A stretch of DNA of 37,030 nt from Myxococcota bacterium (lineage in GTDB: Bacteria; Myxococcota_A; UBA9160; UBA4427). Below, in pieces: positions 8,198 through 16,981 of the stretch. Numbering within the stretch: position 1 is the stretch's first letter; each line of letters opens with the position of its first letter. The stretch covers positions 1-37,030 of the forward strand of contig JAYZFK010000077.1 in the NCBI GenBank assembly GCA_036336835.1. The letters run 5' to 3'. Below the pieces are notes generated by a model. The model was given only the letters and a program-made list of their open reading frames with translations. It did not search any database and had not been told where the DNA came from. Both the position numbers and the translations under genes were made by a program.

Positions 8198-10347
8198 TAG
8201 CACGACTCCAGCACAACGGGCTCGCTGGTCTCGATCGACTCCAGGATGGCAAACGTGGCGCGCGACACCGCTTCGATCTCCGTCAGCGCGATCGGCGAGG
8301 GCTCGCCTGCCCGCAGGGCGGCCAGCGTGCGCGCCACGGCCTCGGTCTGCCCCTTGTCCTGGTTGAGGCCCCGAACGCCCCGGGCGCCGTGGCCCACTGT
8401 CACCCGGAAGTTGTCGCAGCGCAGCGTCCGACCCTCCGCCGAGACCTCGATTCGCTCCTTGGCGAGCGCACTGCTCGCGCGGGCGAGGTATTCGAGGGTG
8501 GCCACCGAGCCGTCCGCAAACGAGACGGCGGCGACCACCGAATCGTCGCGTTCGGGATCGCGACCGAGCGCACACGCATACACACGCACTGGCAGCGCAC
8601 CGGCGAGGTGCGTGCACAGGTCGACGAAGTGACACATCTCGCCGATGATCCGTCCGCCACCCACCGCAGGATCGGTGATCCAGCTGCCGGCGGGCGGTGA
8701 CCCGGCCGAGACCGAGTAACGGATCGCCAGCGGTCCGAGGCGCGACTCGAAGGCTGCGCGCAGGGCCGACGTGTGCGTCGAGAACCTCCGGTTGTAGCCA
8801 ACCATCAGGAAGCCCTGCGTGTCGCGCGCTGCGCTGACCACGCGGTCCAGCTGAGCGAGATCGAGCGCCACCGGCTTCTCGAGCCAGACGGCCTTGCCCG
8901 CGCGCAGCGCCGACTCGGCCAGCTCGGCGTGGCTGTCGTGCCGCGTCGCGACGAACACGAGATCGACCGCATCATCGCCGAGCACGCTCGACGCGTCGGT
9001 TGCGCACCGCGCAAACGAGAAGCGCTCGGCCGTCCGGCGCGCCGACAGGCCGGTCTCCGTGACAAGCGCGACGTGACGGACACCCTTGCAGCGCGCAAGC
9101 GCCGGCAGCAACACGCCCCTGGCATAGTTGCCCGCGCCCACGAAGGCCACCCCCAGCGGTTCGTTCGCGCCCGCTGCCCGCCGGGGCGGCGCGTCGAGCT
9201 CCAGGCAGCGCTCGGACGACGCCTGCTCGGGGGCATAGCGAAACAGCACCGACACGGCCCTGTGGCTTCCCGCCGCCAGCTCCTCGTAGCTGCCCAGCGC
9301 ATCTGCGAACGCGACCGTCTCGGCGCCGAGCCACCCGGGATCGACGCTGCCGGAGGCGACGAGCGACAAAAAGGCCTGCAGGTTGCGGTTCTCAGTCCAG
9401 CGCACGTAGGGCAGCGGATAGTCGTTGCCCTGCTCTTCGTAGCTGCGGTCGTAGCGGCCCGGACCGTAGGACCTGCTGACGACGAACTCGAGTTCCTTGT
9501 CGTAGAAGCTGCGCCGATCGAGCTCCATCGGCATCGCCCCGACCACCGATAGCCGGCCCTTCTGGCGACACAGGTCCGCGGCCAGTGCGATCGGTGCCGA
9601 GCTGCTGGCCGAGGCGGCGACGATCGCGAGGTCGGCCCCGTGACCGCCGGTCGCCTGATCCTTCCAGCCCTCGGGCACCTGGTCGGGCCCACAGCTCCAC
9701 TCGGCCCCCTGATCGAGGGCCTGCTTGGCTCGCGCGGGATCGGTGTCGACGCCGAGCACGCGGCAGCCGTTTGCGCGCAGCAGCTGGACGGCGAGCTGGC
9801 CGATCAGGCCGAGCCCGACGACGACGGCCACCTCGCCCAGCTGTGGCCTCACCAGGCGAATCCCCTGCAGCGCGATCGCACCAACCGTCGCGTACGCGCC
9901 GCGGTCGAGCCCGACCCCTTCCGGCAGGCGAGCGACCAGATTCTCGGGCACCACGTTCCACTCGGCGTGGTTCGCATAGCCCGCACCCGCGCAAGCCACC
10001 CGGTCGCCCGGAGCCAGCCAACGCACCCCGGACCCGGCGGCCTCGACCACGCCGGCGCACGAGTAGCCGAGCGGCTGCGGGACATCGAGCCGCCCCGTGA
10101 CCGCGCGATACGTCTGGATGGGGCCATCCTGGCGCAGTTTGCGCGTCACCTGGGCGACCAGATCAGGACGACTCTGGGCCTTGCCGAGCAGCGACTTGCG
10201 CGCGAAATCCATCGCCAGCTTCTCGGTGCCGGGCGACATCACCGAGTAGTGGGTGCGGACGAGAACCTGGCCCGGACCCGGATGCGGCGCCGGGACCTCG
10301 ACGAGTTCGAGCTCGCCGCTGCGTGCACTCTGGACGATCTGCTTCAC
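8197..10347 (-). CDS. Bi-domain oxidoreductase (MDR/Zn-type alcohol dehydrogenase fold + Gfo/Idh/MocA)
   Basis: N-domain 'SPGTE', 'LGYSCAG', 'GLGLIG' and 'SRSYGPGRYD'. C-domain 'VGAGNY', 'EKP', 'VGYNRRF' and 'GGGRIIGEMCHFVD'. This fusion is typical of surface-polysaccharide clusters. Confidence 0.9.
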   Translation of the reverse strand: MKQIVQSARSGELELVEVPAPHPGPGQVLVRTHYSVMSPGTEKLAMDFARKSLLGKAQSRPDLVAQVTRKLRQDGPIQTYRAVTGRLDVPQPLGYSCAGVVEAAGSGVRWLAPGDRVACAGAGYANHAEWNVVPENLVARLPEGVGLDRGAYATVGAIALQGIRLVRPQLGEVAVVVGLGLIGQLAVQLLRANGCRVLGVDTDPARAKQALDQGAEWSCGPDQVPEGWKDQATGGHGADLAIVAASASSSAPIALAADLCRQKGRLSVVGAMPMELDRRSFYDKELEFVVSRSYGPGRYDRSYEEQGNDYPLPYVRWTENRNLQAFLSLVASGSVDPGWLGAETVAFADALGSYEELAAGSHRAVSVLFRYAPEQASSERCLELDAPPRRAAGANEPLGVAFVGAGNYARGVLLPALARCKGVRHVALVTETGLSARRTAERFSFARCATDASSVLGDDAVDLVFVATRHDSHAELAESALRAGKAVWLEKPVALDLAQLDRVVSAARDTQGFLMVGYNRRFSTHTSALRAAFESRLGPLAIRYSVSAGSPPAGSWITDPAVGGGRIIGEMCHFVDLCTHLAGALPVRVYACALGRDPERDDSVVAAVSFADGSVATLEYLARASSALAKERIEVSAEGRTLRCDNFRVTVGHGARGVRGLNQDKGQTEAVARTLAALRAGEPSPIALTEIEAVSRATFAILESIETSEPVVLESC

Positions 10348-10355
10348 ACGGTTCC

Positions 10356-12272
10356 TCAGTCGGCCGATGGGGTCTTCTTGTCGATGTACATCCGACACCA
10401 GAGCTCGATGCACATCAACGAGAAGATCGTGTAGCTCGCATCGTAACGACGCTCGCGATCAAGTCCGATGAGATTCCACACCCCTGCCGGATCGAACAGC
10501 TGCCGGCGCTCGAGCGAGGCGTGCGACAGCAGGTCATCTACCAACGGCGACAGCGGGCCGCGCAGCCAACTGCGGATCGGCGCGCCGAAACCCGTCTTGG
10601 GCCGGTACAGCACCTCGCGCGGCAGGTACGGCTTCATCGCCTGGCGCAGCACCCACTTGCCGGTCCCGCCGTGCTGCTTGTACCCGAGCGGAAGGCGCGC
10701 GACCAGATCGACCAGATCGGGATCGAGCAGCGGAACCCGCACCTCGACGCCGTGCGCCATGGACACCTTGTCGACGTAGTTGAGGTTGTGGTCGGCGAGG
10801 AAGAACTTGGCCTCGAGGTAGAGCATCCGGTTGAGCGGCGGCACGCTCGGGCTGAGCGCGTCGAGCGCCTCGAGCACTGGACTTCGCGCGCCGCGCGCGA
10901 ACTCTTCGCGCAGCGCCGGGTGGAACACCGGGTCGAGATGGTCGAGGCCGATCCAGCGAAAGTACGAGGCGATCCGTTCGTCGCCCGACAGGTGAGCGTA
11001 GCGGAACGCCTTCGAGACCCGCCGTCGCAGCTCGTTGGTGGGCGCAATCTGCGAGGAGGCCCAGGCCATGCCGACCCGCGCCGAGAGCGGGAGCCAGCCC
11101 CAGAACCGCTCGAGCATGAGCGCGCGGTGGCGTCGGTAGCCCGTGAAGATGTCGTCTCCACCGGCACCCGAAAGCAGCACCTTGATGCCGTGCTCGCGTG
11201 CCATCCGACTGATGAACAGCGCGTTGATCGGCGCCGGATCGGCCTGGGGCTCGTCGAGGTGGAACACCATGCTCGGCAGCTCGTCGACCATCTCGGGCCC
11301 GACGTAGATGGTGTGTAGATCGACGTCGAGATGCTTCGCAACGCGCTGGGCGTACGGCAGATCCTCAGCCATGCCTTCGGCGTCCGCGCTGGGATCCTGA
11401 AAGCCGATCGTGAAGCACTGCAGCCGCTCGCTACCCATCGCTCGCTGCGCCAACGCGACAACGCTGCTCGAATCAAGCCCACCCGACAAGAACGCACCCA
11501 CGGGCACATCGGACACCAGCTGACGCTCTACGGCCTGCGTCAGGTACTTGCGCACCTGAACGGTCGCGTCGCCCTTCGGCCAGTCGACGAAGGAGTTCGC
11601 GAGCGGCAAGTCGTAGAAGCGCCACTTACGTTCGATTTGACCGGCGCGCACGACCAGAGCGAAGCCCGGCTCGAGCTTGCTCACCGCCCGCAGCATCGTC
11701 AACGGCGAGGGGGTCCACAGATACAGCAAGTGGTGCCGGACGCTCTGGTGGTCGAGCTCGCGCGAGATCGACGACTCCTGCAGCAGCGCCTTGATCTCGC
11801 TCGCGAACACGAAACCCTTCTCGCACTCGGCGTAGTAGAGCGGCTTCACTCCGAACCCGTCGCGGACCACGAGCAGCGAGTCGTCGCGGTGATCGTGGAT
11901 CGCGAAGGCGTAGATGCCGTTCAACCGCGCCATCATCTTGTCGCCGTCGCGCCGGTACAGGTTCAGCAACACCTCGGTATCGCAATCACTGCGAAACTCG
12001 AAGCCGTCTTCGACGAGCTCACGACGTAGCTCGCGGTAGTTGTAGATCTCGCCGTTGTAGACGATCGTGACCACACCCGTGACGTCGGTCATCGGCTGAC
12101 GCCCTCGCGACGACAAGTCGATGATCGACAGGCGCCGGTGGGCCAGCCCGATCCCCGCCTCGCTGTCGATTGCGACCCCCGCGTCGTCCGGACCGCGGTG
12201 TGCCAGGGCCCGGCTCATACTCAGCAGCAGCGCCTCGTCGAACCGCCCGGAGAAGCCGGCTATCCCGCACAT
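10356..12272 (-). CDS. asnB: Asparagine synthase (glutamine-hydrolysing)-family amidotransferase, probably glycan-amidating
   Basis: N-terminal nucleophile 'MCGIAG', 'HRGPD', 'HRRLSIID', 'NGEIYN', PP-loop 'FLSGGLDSS', 'EVRVPLLD' and 'KTGF'. Confidence 0.93.
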   Translation of the reverse strand: MCGIAGFSGRFDEALLLSMSRALAHRGPDDAGVAIDSEAGIGLAHRRLSIIDLSSRGRQPMTDVTGVVTIVYNGEIYNYRELRRELVEDGFEFRSDCDTEVLLNLYRRDGDKMMARLNGIYAFAIHDHRDDSLLVVRDGFGVKPLYYAECEKGFVFASEIKALLQESSISRELDHQSVRHHLLYLWTPSPLTMLRAVSKLEPGFALVVRAGQIERKWRFYDLPLANSFVDWPKGDATVQVRKYLTQAVERQLVSDVPVGAFLSGGLDSSSVVALAQRAMGSERLQCFTIGFQDPSADAEGMAEDLPYAQRVAKHLDVDLHTIYVGPEMVDELPSMVFHLDEPQADPAPINALFISRMAREHGIKVLLSGAGGDDIFTGYRRHRALMLERFWGWLPLSARVGMAWASSQIAPTNELRRRVSKAFRYAHLSGDERIASYFRWIGLDHLDPVFHPALREEFARGARSPVLEALDALSPSVPPLNRMLYLEAKFFLADHNLNYVDKVSMAHGVEVRVPLLDPDLVDLVARLPLGYKQHGGTGKWVLRQAMKPYLPREVLYRPKTGFGAPIRSWLRGPLSPLVDDLLSHASLERRQLFDPAGVWNLIGLDRERRYDASYTIFSLMCIELWCRMYIDKKTPSAD

Positions 12273-13786
12273 GGCACGGCCTCCTCGGCCAGCGCTCGGA
12301 CCCGGCGTTCGAGATGACCCCGCCAGCCAGGATGCGCCACGAAGCACGGCTCTTCGGCGAGGCCTTCCAGCCCGAACACCCGCGAGCGAGCGTCTCCGAA
12401 CGGGATCTCGTGCACGACGACGTCAGCTGCATCACGGACTGAGCTCACACGTAGCGTGGATGTGCGCAGCGTCTCCCAGACCTTGGGAATCCGCGTCTCG
12501 TCGAATCCCATCAGGCGAACCGCAGCCAGGTCGAGCGCGATCGGATCGAGCGAGGCCAGCACTACGCCGAGCGGGCGATCGGTGGGCGCTAGCGGGCCCT
12601 CGCCCTCCCCGGCCACCACGCCATCGATCACCGTGAGCACCGTGCGCACCGGGGCGGCGGCGCCGAAGTGCGTACCGCTGCGGTCGCTGTAGTAGAGCGC
12701 GCGGTTGAGGTCGAGACACATCCGCCAGGTAGTGCGATTACCGTACCAGTTGCCACTGCGAACGAAGTCGCTCGCGCGCGCGGCATTCTCGGCGCGCCGC
12801 ACCCAGCGCACCAAGCGCGTCCCGACGCGCCGTCGCAACAGACCGCGCGCAACCTCCGTCGCTGCACTGCGAACGCGATCGAGCCGGCCCTCGCCGGGGA
12901 ACTCGTCACCGCCCGCCCCGGCCGAGCCCACGCAATGGTGTGGCAGCAGGTTCTTGTCGCCATTGATGCCGACGAGGTTCTTGAGTGCGAGCGTCACGCC
13001 AGTCTTCTTGTGCGTCTTGAGCTTCGGCAGGTTCACGACGAGGTCGGACGAAAGCACCGTCTCGGACAGCAGATACTCGTGGCGACCTCCGGTGTGATGT
13101 TCGGTGGTCGGCTGCGCATCGTAGTCGGCGCCCCGGAAGCGCTTCGGGTCGAGGCCCGAGCCGTGGAACGCGCTGCGTTCGCCCAGATCCACCAGTCGAT
13201 AGCCGGCCGGGTCGCCGGGAAGCGACCTGCGCTGCACGATCACGCCGTCAGCGTAGCGAACGACCTCGCGCCGAAGATCAATCACTTCCAATCGACGGGC
13301 GATCCGCTCGTCGTAGAAGCGCACCAGGTCGTCGAGCCCAGCATTGGCCGCGACCACATCCCAGTCGCAGTCGTGTTGCGGGGCCTCGGCGATCACCACG
13401 CTGCCACCATCCCCGGCCGCCAGCCAGGCGTAGTCCGCCATCGCACGCAGCACTGCTCCGTGTGTGATCAGAGAAGCGAGCGTTCCCTCGGCACACGGGT
13501 TCCAGTGGCGAATGAAGTTGGGCTTCAACACGATCCGTGCACCCGGTCCCACCAGCGAGCCGAGCGGGTCCCAGTCCGCACTCCCGAAGCGCTCCTCGTC
13601 GAGGCCCGCGCCGGCCAGCGCTGCGCGAACCGCTGCGTAGACGTGGTTGGGGGCGTCGTCGTCCGAGCCCGGAGACCGATGGTCTCCAAAGGCCGCGAGC
13701 TCGGGGTACGCCGCCCCCGGGCCGAAGGGCGCCGACAATCCGGCGTAGCTCGGCTTGGTGCGCGCGAGACCGACCCGAGCAGTCAC
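12260..13786 (-). CDS. DUF362-domain protein
   Basis: 'IVLKPN', 'NLPKLKTHKKTGVTLALKNLVG', 'IDGVVAGEGEGP' and 'DPIALD' are hallmark DUF362 motifs. GTGA overlap with the upstream stop and a 13-bp overlap with asnB. Confidence 0.85.
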   Translation of the reverse strand: MTARVGLARTKPSYAGLSAPFGPGAAYPELAAFGDHRSPGSDDDAPNHVYAAVRAALAGAGLDEERFGSADWDPLGSLVGPGARIVLKPNFIRHWNPCAEGTLASLITHGAVLRAMADYAWLAAGDGGSVVIAEAPQHDCDWDVVAANAGLDDLVRFYDERIARRLEVIDLRREVVRYADGVIVQRRSLPGDPAGYRLVDLGERSAFHGSGLDPKRFRGADYDAQPTTEHHTGGRHEYLLSETVLSSDLVVNLPKLKTHKKTGVTLALKNLVGINGDKNLLPHHCVGSAGAGGDEFPGEGRLDRVRSAATEVARGLLRRRVGTRLVRWVRRAENAARASDFVRSGNWYGNRTTWRMCLDLNRALYYSDRSGTHFGAAAPVRTVLTVIDGVVAGEGEGPLAPTDRPLGVVLASLDPIALDLAAVRLMGFDETRIPKVWETLRTSTLRVSSVRDAADVVVHEIPFGDARSRVFGLEGLAEEPCFVAHPGWRGHLERRVRALAEEAVPCAG

Positions 13787-15189
13787 GGCTCGTTCCTCCC
13801 GACGTCGGATTTCACCGCGCGAAACTTGCCGTTTGCCTCGCGCGCGATCTCGTTCACCAGCCGAAGTCGAATCTCGATCTCCCGCCCCAGCCGAGAGCGG
13901 ATCTCGCGGATCACACTGCGCTCGGTCGAATCGTCGTAGCCGTCGCGGGGCACGATGAGCACCTCGATCTCGCTAGGATCGCGCTGCACGATCTGCGCCT
14001 CGGCGACCTCGAATTGCTCCTTGAACACGTGGTCCATCCGGCCGACGAGGCGACCGTCGGGGGTCAGCACGTAGTCCTCGATACGTCCGTCGACCTCGAA
14101 GAACGAGTCGCCGGGGCGACCACACGGGCAAGGCCGCTTGGCCCGCGTTCCGACGTCGCCGATCCGGTAGCGAAACATCGGCGTCGCATCGTGCGACAGG
14201 CCGGTGATCAGCAGCGGGCCCGTCTCGGAGTCTTCGCTCTCCTCGGTCGTCTCGACCTCGACGATGCAAAACTCCATGTCGACGTGGAGACGCCCCTCGT
14301 CGCACTGTGTCATCGAGACCGAAAACTCGCTCACGCCGTACCGGTCGAGGATTGGCGCGCCGAACGCGAGCTCGATGATCTCGCGCTGAAACGCGAGCAG
14401 CGACTCCGAGGAGGTGAATACCCCCGCTAGCCTACCCTTCGGCAACGGGCGCCCGGCCTCGAGCAGCGCGCGCGCGACGAGGTGGATCGACGACGGGTAG
14501 CCCTGGACATAACGACTGGGCGTCGCATGCACCGCCTCGACGTAGTCGCGCAGGTTCGCCGGTGTCATGTGGTAGATCGAGAAGAACGTCTGCTTGCTGT
14601 ACCAGTTGGTGCGCCAGAACGGCGGCTCGACCTGTGCGAAGGGTACGATGATCTGTCCAGCGAACGAGAGATACGGATCGTCGATCCCGACACCAACGCG
14701 CCGACGCATCCGCCAGACCGTCGCGTATTCCTCCGCGAGCGTCTCGGGTGAATGCCACAGTTCGAGTGCCGTTCCCGTCGTTCCGCTGGTCTGTGCCGTG
14801 TACAGCCGGTGGCGCGCGACACGGCGCGACATGAACGCATGCGGTTGATCGCGATAGGCGCGCTTCTCGAGCGGAGGAATCCCGTTGAGAATCTCGCGCA
14901 TGGCCTCGAGCGGATCGCGTTTCTCGGACGGCGGCGATAGATCGCGGTAGTAGGGAACGTGCTCGCGCGCCTGGCTCACCAGCGTGGCGAGCCGAGTGCG
15001 CTGCAGCCCGAGGAGCTCCTCGTGCGAGCGAGCATCACCGTGTTCCCACTGGTTCAGCGTGCGGTGGAAGTGGCGACTGAACCGCGCGCGATAGCGCAGC
15101 AAGCCACCGGCCGAGAGGCCCAGGTTCTGGAGTCCCACGGGCAGACGCGGGTACACGTGGTGGATCACGCTGTCGAAGAGCCCGTTCAC
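13783..15189 (-). CDS. Phenylacetate-CoA ligase-family (CapK/PaaK-like) adenylate-forming enzyme
   Basis: ANL motifs 'TSGTTG', 'GYPSS', 'DRYGVSE', 'RYRIGD', 'GRIED' and terminal 'GKFRAV'. GTG 15189 is preceded by GGAG. The longer ORF call upstream is antisense to DUF4956. Confidence 0.85.
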   Translation of the reverse strand: MNGLFDSVIHHVYPRLPVGLQNLGLSAGGLLRYRARFSRHFHRTLNQWEHGDARSHEELLGLQRTRLATLVSQAREHVPYYRDLSPPSEKRDPLEAMREILNGIPPLEKRAYRDQPHAFMSRRVARHRLYTAQTSGTTGTALELWHSPETLAEEYATVWRMRRRVGVGIDDPYLSFAGQIIVPFAQVEPPFWRTNWYSKQTFFSIYHMTPANLRDYVEAVHATPSRYVQGYPSSIHLVARALLEAGRPLPKGRLAGVFTSSESLLAFQREIIELAFGAPILDRYGVSEFSVSMTQCDEGRLHVDMEFCIVEVETTEESEDSETGPLLITGLSHDATPMFRYRIGDVGTRAKRPCPCGRPGDSFFEVDGRIEDYVLTPDGRLVGRMDHVFKEQFEVAEAQIVQRDPSEIEVLIVPRDGYDDSTERSVIREIRSRLGREIEIRLRLVNEIAREANGKFRAVKSDVGRNEP

Positions 15190-15429
15190 CGCTGCTCCAC
15201 TGATCGAGGCCGTTGGCGCCACGCGAGGATCAAACCGGAAGGATACCCGCGTAGCGCGCCAACCTAGCGGGTCCCCACACGAATCTGCCCATCTGCTTCG
15301 GCCTATCGGCGGCGGATCTCGAGCTTCGACCCCCGCGGGGGACAAGTTGAGGCGGCTGGGAACCCGGGTGGTAGAGTGCGACCCCGCTCCGAGCGCCAGG
15401 TTCCGGGCGAGGGGGACGTGGAGAGCACG

Positions 15430-16107
15430 ATGCAGGGCCTCGGTCTCGAACTTCCGGCGGGTGCTCCGCTGTCCGTTGCCGCGCTCGTGGTGAGCCTGGG
15501 CATCGGCACAGTGCTGGCCATCATCTTGCGCTGGCACTTCGAGCGCTTCGGCTCGACGTTGTCCAACCGCTCGGAGTTCGCGCAGGTCTTCCCGATGATC
15601 GTGCTCACGACGGTGCTGATCATCACCGTCGTGAAGAGCTCGCTCGCGCTCTCGCTCGGCCTCGTCGGTGCGCTCTCGATCGTCCGCTTCCGCACACCGA
15701 TCAAGGAGCCAGAAGAGCTCGCGTACCTGTTCATCGCGATCAGCATCGGGCTCGGCCTCGGGGCCAACCAGCACGTTGCCACGGTGGTGGCTGCAAGCCT
15801 GATCCTGGGCGTGGTCGCTCTGCTGCGCTGGAGACGCCGCGGCAGTGAGCAGACCGGCCTCTACCTGTCGGTGGACTGGCGCGAGGCGGCCTCGAGCCCG
15901 CTCGAAGGGCTGGCAGAGGTCGTCTCGGCTCATGCTCTCGCGGCCGACCTGCGTCGAGTCGATGCGCGCGAAGGGGGCTACGAGGTCACCTACTTCGTCG
16001 ATGTCCAGGGCGTCGAGGTGGTGCCAGCGATGGTCGAAGCCCTGCAGCAGCGCTTCCCCGGTGTGGGCGTCACGTTCGTCGATCAGAATCAGCTCCCCAG
16101 CGTCTGA
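15430..16107 (+). CDS. DUF4956-domain membrane protein
   Basis: 'SSLALSLGLVGALSIVRFRTPIKEPEELAYLFIAISIGLGLG' is the DUF4956 signature. About 4 TM helices plus a small soluble C-terminal domain. Alternative start at GTG 15418. Confidence 0.85.
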   Translation: MQGLGLELPAGAPLSVAALVVSLGIGTVLAIILRWHFERFGSTLSNRSEFAQVFPMIVLTTVLIITVVKSSLALSLGLVGALSIVRFRTPIKEPEELAYLFIAISIGLGLGANQHVATVVAASLILGVVALLRWRRRGSEQTGLYLSVDWREAASSPLEGLAEVVSAHALAADLRRVDAREGGYEVTYFVDVQGVEVVPAMVEALQQRFPGVGVTFVDQNQLPSV

Positions 16108-16114
16108 CGCACCC

Positions 16115-16804
16115 GTGTCGGCGCCCGCGCTCGAGCAGCTGCGCTACGAGGTCAAGTTCGTCGCCCATGCGAGCGAGCGGTCCGCCGTGCTGCAGTGGGT
16201 CCGCAACCACTGGGCCGGTTTCGGCCGACCGTATCCCGACCGCCGCATCAGCAACGTGTACTTCGACAGCTATGAGCTCTCGGCCTTCCACGAGAACCTC
16301 TCCGGCACCAGCCGCCGCTCGAAGGTCCGCTGGCGTTGGTACGGCGACACCACCGGTCCCGACCGGGGAACTCTCGAGGTCAAGCGCCGCCGCGGCGGCC
16401 TCGGCTGGAAGCTCGCCTACCGCACCGGCGGCTGCGATCTCACGACCCTGCCGTGGCGCGACGTGCGCGCGACCCTGCGCACGGCGCTCGACGGCGCCGG
16501 CCGCATCTGGCTCGACGCAAACCCGCTCCCGGTGTTGATCAACCGCTACCGACGCCGCTACTTCGCTTCGGGCGACGGCGCCGTCCGCCTGACCGTCGAC
16601 TGGGATCAACAGGTCTACGACCAGAAGCTTCGCTCACTGCCCAACCTACGCCGCCGCGCCAACCACCCCGACACCCTGGTCGTGGAGTTCAAGTTCCGGG
16701 TCGGCGAGCAGCGCCGCGCATCGGCGATGATCCAGGGGCTGCCACTCCGGCTCTCGCGCAACTCCAAGTACGTCATCGGCGTGCAATCGATCGCGAACGG
16801 GTGA
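16115..16804 (+). CDS. VTC-domain (polyphosphate polymerase-like, CYTH/TTM tunnel fold) protein
   Basis: 'RYEVKF' (ExK), 'ISNVYFDS', 'RSKVRWRWY', 'LEVKRR', 'YRRRYF', 'RLTVD', 'VVEFKF' and 'SKY'. Starts 7 bp after the DUF4956 stop. Confidence 0.85.
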   Translation: MSAPALEQLRYEVKFVAHASERSAVLQWVRNHWAGFGRPYPDRRISNVYFDSYELSAFHENLSGTSRRSKVRWRWYGDTTGPDRGTLEVKRRRGGLGWKLAYRTGGCDLTTLPWRDVRATLRTALDGAGRIWLDANPLPVLINRYRRRYFASGDGAVRLTVDWDQQVYDQKLRSLPNLRRRANHPDTLVVEFKFRVGEQRRASAMIQGLPLRLSRNSKYVIGVQSIANG

Positions 16805-16915
16805 AGGGCGCAGGATTCGTGCGACTTAACGAGGCGGCCCAGCAAGACTGGAATTCGAAGGCCCAGATTCGAGGCCGCCTGCTGCCGTCGGACGACCCGC
16901 GGTACTTCCCTGTTT

Positions 16916-16936
16916 CGAGATATCTCGCCGTATAAT
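16916..16936 (+). promoter_or_regulatory. Putative sigma-70 -10 box (TATAAT 16931-16936) with an adjacent perfect palindrome CGAGATATCTCG (16916-16927), a candidate operator of the efflux operon
   Basis: A consensus TATAAT in high-GC DNA, 45 bp before the ATG at 16982. The palindrome lies in the spacer region. No convincing -35 element. Confidence 0.55.
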
Positions 16937-16981
16937 CGCCCACGCGAAGCCGACGCGATTCGGGTTCAGGGGTGCTGGACG

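Noticed and set aside
15190..15933. N-terminal extensions in the ORF track for CapK (to 15933), GMC (from 4820), GT2 (to 8635) and VTC (from 15845)
   Set aside because: They overlap neighbouring real genes. Family motifs begin at the downstream starts, which have RBSs or stop/start coupling.
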